Origin: a virus
Length of the DNA stretch: 64,000 nt
Virus record (IMG/VR): IMGVR_UViG_3300034355_001150
Location: 25,767 to 89,766 of that record
Strand: one strand, 5' to 3'
Shown here: in pieces, positions 57,649-64,000 of the stretch
Numbering within the stretch: the first letter of the stretch is position 1
Layout: every line of letters begins with the position of its first letter
Made by a program: the position numbers and the translations under genes
Notes under the pieces: generated by a model
What the model was told of the DNA's origin: nothing
Database searches by the model: none
Seen by the model: only the letters and a program-made list of their open reading frames with translations

Positions 57649-58612
57649 CTAATACCTCTTTAACATTAATTTTGTTTCTCATTTTGTTATACCTATTGTA
57701 TTCTAAATTTAACTCTTTACAAACCGGCGAAATCAAATTGTTTTTAACATCACCATTAAACCTAAACCCACTTTTAGCACCGCCGCCGAGATTTGGAAAT
57801 TTTCTAAATTTGTGTTTTTCATCCCAAATCAACTTAATCAATTTTAATCCTGGCAATTCATTAAATTGGTATTTTTCGGCAATCACAGACGCAACCTTTA
57901 CGTAAAAATCATAGATTTCATCATCGGTTATTCCGCTGTATTTTGGGTTATTTGTTCCGGTTGTCTGATCATCTTTATTTGAAGCAGATACCCAATCTTC
58001 AATATTGTCCAAATCGTTCTTATTGCAATATCTTCCTTCTCCGGTTTTTTTATTATAAAATTTGTGTTTATTCTTTGAATGATGAACCCATTCACCCGAA
58101 ACGACTTTTGGGTGATTTTTTTCAACTGATCCAACTATTTCTCCGGTTAATACATCTTTTACTGGAAAAGTTCCTTTTCTTGATATTGATATTCTGTGTT
58201 TTCCTTCTTTTGTTTGCCACCCGTTAGTTTTACGAAAACTCGAAGAATTTTGCCTCATCCATGCATAAGAATTTCGTATTTTTCTATTTAAACAGGTTTT
58301 AATATTTTTCAATTTCTTTTTGCTGTTAAACCCGTTTATAACAAACTTAATAGCAATAAAATCACATCGTTCACCATAAGCTTTATATCTTATTAAATGC
58401 GCAAACAAATGTTCTTCTGGCAAAAGCGTAACTATATTATCTATGTTATTTGAACCCCCAACACTTTTTGGAATTATATGATGCCCCTCGACATATAATT
58501 CTAAATTATTTACTATTCGTAAATCTTTGGGGTTTCGTTTCCTTAACCGAGCAAAAGGGGTTGTTCTTTGACAATAATTGATAAATGTTTCATATAATTT
58601 AATATAATTCAT
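57635..58612 (-). CDS. Free-standing HNH homing endonuclease between the nrdA halves
   Basis: EGHHIIPKSVGGSN..DNIVTL.PEEH..AH motif. Confidence 0.88.
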   Translation of the reverse strand: MNYIKLYETFINYCQRTTPFARLRKRNPKDLRIVNNLELYVEGHHIIPKSVGGSNNIDNIVTLLPEEHLFAHLIRYKAYGERCDFIAIKFVINGFNSKKKLKNIKTCLNRKIRNSYAWMRQNSSSFRKTNGWQTKEGKHRISISRKGTFPVKDVLTGEIVGSVEKNHPKVVSGEWVHHSKNKHKFYNKKTGEGRYCNKNDLDNIEDWVSASNKDDQTTGTNNPKYSGITDDEIYDFYVKVASVIAEKYQFNELPGLKLIKLIWDEKHKFRKFPNLGGGAKSGFRFNGDVKNNLISPVCKELNLEYNRYNKMRNKINVKEVLDAIN

Positions 58613-58617
58613 GTTTT

Positions 58618-58651
58618 AATTCCTCTTCGTGTATTTATACGAAGAGGAATT
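58618..58651 (-). promoter_or_regulatory. RBS-sequestering hairpin containing late promoter TATAAATA
   Basis: AATTCCTCTTCGT-ATAAATAC-ACGAAGAGGAATT immediately upstream of the HNH ATG. Confidence 0.8.
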
Positions 58652-58664
58652 TCACTACATAAAA

Positions 58665-59789
58665 CTATAAAATTTTGAGTTCATCAGAAGTTGTCAAATT
58701 GCCAGCCTCAACATAACCTCTATTTTTAGTATAGATGAGATGACAAGGAGTACAAACTAAACTTTTGCCAGAAGTTTCATCTGTAATTTTAATCAATTTC
58801 GCATCTTTTTTCGTTAAAGCAAAATCAACAATTTTTTTCCATTCAATTTTGTTTGATTCTATATTAAACGACTTCGTTAATAACGGAATGCCATTATCTA
58901 AAAATAATCCAACAAGTTTGATGGGAAGTACAAATTCTTCCGACGATTCGTCCTCAATTTTTACTTGAACCAAAGTATTTCCGGTTACACAGAGATTACT
59001 CGCCTTTACTTTTAATCCATTATCTTTGTAACATTTGGGTGTCAGCTTGTTTACCTTGTCAACAAAAAAGAAATATCCCTTTCCGGTTACCATCTTGGTT
59101 TTCATAACCTTTTGATACCTTGAAATAGCTTTTTTATCGCCTGAGTTCAATCTCCTAATGAATTTATCAGTTATAACCCACCCGATATTACAATCATCTG
59201 GGCTTGAATTGAGGAAGTTAATGATCTCCCAAAAATCTTCATGATCAATTTCAATATATCCAGCCCATGCTCCACGCCTCGTGTTGCCCTGAGATATATC
59301 TCTGGACAATTGAACAAAGTCTTTCAATACAGGAAGAACACCAGATGCCTTTCCGCCAGATGAGATTTCTGTTCCTCTATGTCTGATTGCACCAAGATAC
59401 GAGCTTGTACCAAAACCGTTCTTGGATAACATTGCTATTTCTTTTTGAGTATCATAAAAGTCATACACACAATCATTGACAAAATTACCAGAGCAGCTTA
59501 CATTACATCCTCTATCGGTTCCCATGTTGGCGAGAATCGGAGTAGCACAAGATAGCCAACCATTCCAAATAACTGTATAAAATTTATGTTCCCAATACTC
59601 TGGATCATCAGTCCATTTAGCCGCACATTTGCTAATTCTACGAGCTACTGACTTAAAGTCCTTTTCTGTTTTAGTTGCGTATTTTGAAGAGAATAATTGC
59701 CACCCAGCGGTCGTAAACCAATCAGGTAAAACGCCTTCCTCTTGGAGACGTTTGCGTTCTTCGGATAGATCTTCGTAAATTGTCTTCAT
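58665..59789 (-). CDS. nrdA: Ribonucleotide reductase class Ia alpha, N-terminal fragment ending in split-intein N-half (start MKTIYED)
   Basis: ATPILAN, VSCS, SQGNTRRGA and SNL|CVTGNT. ATGA overlap with nrdB. Confidence 0.95.
   Translation of the reverse strand: MKTIYEDLSEERKRLQEEGVLPDWFTTAGWQLFSSKYATKTEKDFKSVARRISKCAAKWTDDPEYWEHKFYTVIWNGWLSCATPILANMGTDRGCNVSCSGNFVNDCVYDFYDTQKEIAMLSKNGFGTSSYLGAIRHRGTEISSGGKASGVLPVLKDFVQLSRDISQGNTRRGAWAGYIEIDHEDFWEIINFLNSSPDDCNIGWVITDKFIRRLNSGDKKAISRYQKVMKTKMVTGKGYFFFVDKVNKLTPKCYKDNGLKVKASNLCVTGNTLVQVKIEDESSEEFVLPIKLVGLFLDNGIPLLTKSFNIESNKIEWKKIVDFALTKKDAKLIKITDETSGKSLVCTPCHLIYTKNRGYVEAGNLTTSDELKIL
58668..58991 (-). other. Split intein N-terminal half (108 aa)
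   Basis: Block A CVTGNTLV and block B CTPCHLIYT..RGYVEAGNL...DEL, then stop. Confidence 0.9.
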
Positions 59790-60790
59790 GCCGCTTCCTC
59801 TACCGACCAATTGAATCCCTTCTCGTTCCAATCTCGCTTATATGAATTGCCAATTTTATAGAAAAAATCATGCAATTGAGGTGCGTTGATGTTTTTATAG
59901 AACCAAGTTTTGATTGGATTGTATTGAGGATTATAGTGTTTTTCAAATCCAAGTTGTTCTAAACAAAGATCAAGTCGATGCTGAATAAACGATTTTAGCT
60001 GATGGTCGGTAATTCCCTTGATATTGCCCTTCTCAAAAATCATATCTATAATTCTATCCTCGTGTTCTTTGATGTGTTCTACTGTTTCTAATAGGTCTGT
60101 GTTTAATTTCGTTATTTGTTCTTGTGATAATTCGCTTTCTGCCAACAGAGTTCTGAACAACCATGCTCCGGCAATAGAATGAAGATTCTCATCTCTGACG
60201 GAGAAGTTAATTCCGGCAGTAACGTTCACCAACTTGTTTTTTCCCTCTGATTGAAAATGCTTCAAGAAAGCAAATGATGAGTACAAGATAGCGCCTTCAA
60301 TCATTGAAAAAACAGCTAATGATTTCAGAATATCAATGATATTGTCAGAAGGTTTGGCGATTACCTTATTGATCCAATTTATTCTATTGAACAACACCGA
60401 ATCTTCAACATAAGAATTGTAGAATTCGTCTGTGTTCAATCCAAGAACTTCGTTTAGTTTGTTATAGAATGGTGCATGAACATTTAGCTCAAAAAAACTA
60501 AAACAGTTGCTCATTCGTTCAATATCTGGCCTGGGGAAAAGCCTTTTTATTTTTCCAGACCAATATTCTTTGCCTACTACCAATTCATATAACGTGAATA
60601 GCTTTAAGGTAGTAATTACTCCATGATACTCAGCATCAGTGAAATTGGTCTTCATATCATGAAGGTCCTTTTCCACCTCTATTTCATTGGGATGCCAAAA
60701 AATATCCATTTGTTGGTTTGCAAACTCAACCGCTTCGGGATAATCTATCGTGTATGTTGTTTTTTCTTGTAATAGTCTTGGTTTTTCCAT
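59786..60790 (-). CDS. nrdB: Ribonucleotide reductase class Ia beta subunit
   Basis: FWHPNEI, FELNVH..FY, EGAILYSSF and RDENLH diiron motifs. Confidence 0.93.
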   Translation of the reverse strand: MEKPRLLQEKTTYTIDYPEAVEFANQQMDIFWHPNEIEVEKDLHDMKTNFTDAEYHGVITTLKLFTLYELVVGKEYWSGKIKRLFPRPDIERMSNCFSFFELNVHAPFYNKLNEVLGLNTDEFYNSYVEDSVLFNRINWINKVIAKPSDNIIDILKSLAVFSMIEGAILYSSFAFLKHFQSEGKNKLVNVTAGINFSVRDENLHSIAGAWLFRTLLAESELSQEQITKLNTDLLETVEHIKEHEDRIIDMIFEKGNIKGITDHQLKSFIQHRLDLCLEQLGFEKHYNPQYNPIKTWFYKNINAPQLHDFFYKIGNSYKRDWNEKGFNWSVEEAA

Positions 60791-60800
60791 TGGTAATCAG

Positions 60801-61223
60801 TTATAATAATTTTTCTTTAAAGTAATCCTGAGACAACCTTCTTGTGACATCTGCTTTTGGTCGTGTATTTACTATGGATTCTTTATCCACGTTTAAAATA
60901 TATTCATCATTATGAATCAATGATGTAGAGTTGTCAACTGAATAGATTAAATCAAAATTTTGAAGGTCTGATCTATCAATCAACACAATAGTATACATCA
61001 TCGCTAATCCACGCGATACGTCGCAGTATCTATCAAAAAATAGTAGCTCCCATGGATCTGGCCATGATTTAAAATCATCCCAGTGTAAATGATACGGTGT
61101 CCAAGGTCTGTTGAACCACCAACTATTTATAGTTTGTAACGCAGATTGAATTGACGTTTCTGCGAGCGCAAAGCTACGCAACTGATTCCATTCAATCAGT
61201 TTTTGGTCATATGTCATGCTCAT
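60801..61223 (-). CDS. Hypothetical protein, transglutaminase-like cysteine-peptidase fold possible (start MSMTYDQ)
   Basis: WPDPWELL...YCD...LAMMYT pattern. Confidence 0.55.
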   Translation of the reverse strand: MSMTYDQKLIEWNQLRSFALAETSIQSALQTINSWWFNRPWTPYHLHWDDFKSWPDPWELLFFDRYCDVSRGLAMMYTIVLIDRSDLQNFDLIYSVDNSTSLIHNDEYILNVDKESIVNTRPKADVTRRLSQDYFKEKLL

Positions 61224-61224
61224 A

Positions 61225-62868
61225 TCAGTAGTTAAATGTTTGAATAGAGTAACTAAATGTAGCGTCAATAAAATTGAATGAAGTGGTATACACAACCGAT
61301 AATACTTCTCCCGCTTGCTTTACAACCAAATTAACACCCGATGGTTGATTTTCTGTATAATCATCCGACCATGTAGGCTCAAGATTTATTGCACCGTTAG
61401 CACTCACTGAAATCGTGCCAGTTCTATACACCGATCCTCTGATAATAGAATAGTTGATAGAGAATGTATCTATGTCTAACGTATTGACAACAAGTGGCTC
61501 ACCATATTCGCTTATTACGGTTGTCTCAACAGATGTATTATCAGCTAATGTTGCGATACTACCGGGTCTACGAATGTATGTTCCGACTTCAACCTGATCG
61601 CTCATCACCGAGATTGATGTGGTGTTGTTAGTCAATATGCAGGGAATGGATGTTCCCGGTAACACTGATCCGGGATCAACGGTCTCTCTGGTAAATAGAT
61701 CACCTACACTAATATTGTCGCCATTTTTGAATTCAATGATGGCAGTATAAGGATTTTCTATTCCGAGTAAGTAGTTACCAACATCGTAAAAAAAGTTATA
61801 GGCGCTTGCATTTATTCTAACTTTTCCAATAATAATACCTTCGGCGTAAATTGAATCAAATACGTTGGATGTTATTCTGAATCCAGTTATCTCATTCGTA
61901 AACGTGTTTGAGCCGATTCTGATTCCTTGGTATAGGTTGGACAATTTTGACTCGTTGATAGTAACTCCGCGAACAGACGAGTTATCTCCTGATTCATAAT
62001 CATCGGTGTTGATCGCGTATGTCAATCCGCTAAATTGGCAATTGTCAATCGTAACTGAATTTGTAATCAGTGATTCGTTACTTCTGAATCTGATTGCAGC
62101 CATTCTTGCAACATCCGACGATATTTCGTTATTGACCAATGGTCCTTGGAAGCCAACTGATTGGAACCTAATGACCGACACTGAATCAAGTAAGCATAAA
62201 TTTGAATTGGATGTTTTTGATGCAATACACATATTGAAGATGGTTACATTTTGTGGAAGAATTGCACCATTTGAGCCAATGTTTACGCCCGTTTGTTGAT
62301 TGCTATCAGCAGTAACAAGAACATAGGGTTCTACGCTATTATATGCCATTTGAATGATGGAGTTTTCTGCTCCATCACCATAAAGCGTGGCATAGGGAGG
62401 AACCTTGATTGCACTGGTTACTTTATACACACCCGCTGGAAAATAAATTGACTTTCTTACTTGTGGATTTACATCTCTGCAATATATCTGATATAAAGCA
62501 CGATTGATGGCCGCTGTATCGTCGGCGAATCCATCACCCTTTGCTCCAAAATCTTTAACTGATACCCATTGATCCATCCATTGTTGGAGTGACATTGTTA
62601 CCGGCGAATCTATATTTGGTCCGGTTTGTGCTATATATCCGGTTGATTCACCTTCGTAGGTGTAGGTGGCATTTACTTTCAGAATATCACTGAATTCAGT
62701 TAAAACTTCGGTGTTTCCTATAACTGGTGCGCCTTCTTCAAGATCGCCATTGCCGATAAACAATCTTCTGCTATCCACCGACCAGCCAAATTCTGCTCCA
62801 GCTAATCTTGGTAAATCAACTTGTAATCCCTTTCTTTGGGTAATCTGAGATATCTGAGTAATTGCCAC
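61225..62868 (-). CDS. Virion protein with Mtd-N-like domain and pectate-lyase-like beta-helix (GTG start)
   Basis: QRKG...LP.LAGAEFGWSVD.RRLFIGNG, VSVKDFGAKGDGFADDTAAINRA and IYFPAGVY. GCTAAATA box at 62892-62899. Confidence 0.8.
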   Translation of the reverse strand: MAITQISQITQRKGLQVDLPRLAGAEFGWSVDSRRLFIGNGDLEEGAPVIGNTEVLTEFSDILKVNATYTYEGESTGYIAQTGPNIDSPVTMSLQQWMDQWVSVKDFGAKGDGFADDTAAINRALYQIYCRDVNPQVRKSIYFPAGVYKVTSAIKVPPYATLYGDGAENSIIQMAYNSVEPYVLVTADSNQQTGVNIGSNGAILPQNVTIFNMCIASKTSNSNLCLLDSVSVIRFQSVGFQGPLVNNEISSDVARMAAIRFRSNESLITNSVTIDNCQFSGLTYAINTDDYESGDNSSVRGVTINESKLSNLYQGIRIGSNTFTNEITGFRITSNVFDSIYAEGIIIGKVRINASAYNFFYDVGNYLLGIENPYTAIIEFKNGDNISVGDLFTRETVDPGSVLPGTSIPCILTNNTTSISVMSDQVEVGTYIRRPGSIATLADNTSVETTVISEYGEPLVVNTLDIDTFSINYSIIRGSVYRTGTISVSANGAINLEPTWSDDYTENQPSGVNLVVKQAGEVLSVVYTTSFNFIDATFSYSIQTFNY

Positions 62869-62902
62869 AATAAATTCTCCTTGTAATGGAGTATTTAGCA
62901 AT

Positions 62903-63622
62903 TTACAACAGGTAGAACTGTTCTACTCTTTTCCACCATAAATCAACATACTTGTCGTATTCTTTTCCTTCTAAAATAAATTCCTGATATTCTGGGTCTG
63001 ATAGTAAATGGCCAGTTGATTCATCTACCTTTGGCTTAACCGACATGAATATCACGCCTTTTTTAATTTTGGTTCCATATGTCTCGTCGTGGGCCAATCC
63101 GTAAGCCACTAATTGCAAAAAATAATCTTCAATCCATTCACGATTTTTTGGTTTATTGGTTTGCTTATGGTCCATAATCGCTTCGGCAGAATCATGAACT
63201 CCAACTAAATCAGTTGTTCCTGCATACAATTGCGGAAAATATAAACCGATTTCAACTCCCCAAACCTCGTTTACGTTGGATAGTCCATTGTCGATGATTG
63301 CTTTAGCCATCGCATGGGCCGGCCAAGAAAATGGGTTACTGGTTCTTTCCGGCAAGATACCATTCTCAACATATCCTTCTAAGAGAGAATGCATCTTTGT
63401 GCCGCGATTTGCAGCTTCCGTGGTGATCTTTTTTGCCTTTTCTGTTCCTACTCGTTCTTTCCATTCTTTTAATGCTTTGACCTTTTCTTTTGGTTTTGTG
63501 GCATCAAGAATGGTTGTTACTGAAGCAACCGCTTGTCCAGATGGAGTAGTGTATAAACGCTTTCCATCTTCATTCTTGCGTTTAAGCGGAAGATACTCAA
63601 ACTTTTTTGTTAAAAGTGGCAT
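62903..63622 (-). CDS. PD-(D/E)XK exonuclease (phage exonuclease/Cas4-like superfamily)
   Basis: SVTTIL, RGT.MH, E...YAGTTD...IMDHKQ and YFLQL.AY. Confidence 0.85.
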   Translation of the reverse strand: MPLLTKKFEYLPLKRKNEDGKRLYTTPSGQAVASVTTILDATKPKEKVKALKEWKERVGTEKAKKITTEAANRGTKMHSLLEGYVENGILPERTSNPFSWPAHAMAKAIIDNGLSNVNEVWGVEIGLYFPQLYAGTTDLVGVHDSAEAIMDHKQTNKPKNREWIEDYFLQLVAYGLAHDETYGTKIKKGVIFMSVKPKVDESTGHLLSDPEYQEFILEGKEYDKYVDLWWKRVEQFYLL

Positions 63623-63625
63623 AGT

Positions 63626-63907
63626 TTAATAAGGATACGTTGGTTGAAATGGTCGATAACACATACAATTACCATCCCATATTGATTGATACTGAGGGGG
63701 TGGTAAATTATAATTCTGAGGATTGATTCTTGGGGGAGGTGGTATTCCCATGCCCGGAAATCCGTAACCGGGCATTCCCATGCCTATTCCCATTCCGCCC
63801 ATGCCATAACCGGGCATTCCCATACCCATTGGTGGGATACCTTGTCCATACGGGTTGGACATCGCGGATACAGAAAATAAAAGCAAGAATCCAAAAATAA
63901 TTTTCAT
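63626..63907 (-). CDS. Exported Gly/Met/Pro-rich low-complexity protein
   Basis: Signal peptide followed by GMGMPGYG repeats. Promoter TTGACA-17-TATCAT at 63941-63969. Confidence 0.6.
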   Translation of the reverse strand: MKIIFGFLLLFSVSAMSNPYGQGIPPMGMGMPGYGMGGMGIGMGMPGYGFPGMGIPPPPRINPQNYNLPPPQYQSIWDGNCMCYRPFQPTYPY

Positions 63908-64000
63908 CGTCGTTCACCTATTTTGTTGAGGTAAGTGAGAATGATACACGTGGTTGATAGATATGTCAACGCATCTGTTGAATTAAATTTTGAGGACGTT

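Overview
This AT-rich 64-kb window looks like part of a large tailed phage with T4-like (Tevenvirinae-type) regulation, probably a jumbo myovirus of a Gram-negative, likely gammaproteobacterial host. All family assignments are by-eye motif recognition; no searches were run. The first 26 kb (+ strand) is a late structural block: giant Asn/Gly-rich fibre or adhesin proteins (1254, 1845 and 2832 aa), five LamG-like lectin genes, and one antisense GIY-YIG-like homing endonuclease. The rest (26-64 kb) is mostly on the - strand. It holds early small genes behind repeated TTGACA/TATAAT promoters, a ~600-nt structured non-coding region with its own promoters, and a proteostasis cluster (clpP, clpS, hsp20, groEL/groES, a probable dnaK remnant, ROSE-like thermometers). 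It also encodes an ATP-dependent DNA ligase, PAAR/baseplate genes, a sirtuin, nrdB, and an nrdA fractured by a split intein around an HNH gene. The best candidate for an undescribed system is the 42.9-51.3 kb locus. There a stand-alone SAM-binding methyltransferase half and a two-piece nuclease-helicase precede five N6-adenine methyltransferase cassettes. The cassettes share an almost invariant MKFDIVVGNPP(Y/F) entry sequence but have divergent target-recognition regions, which suggests a modular, swappable-specificity system. The second candidate is the large structured RNA at ~30.25-30.87 kb. No tRNA, rRNA or CRISPR array was recognised.
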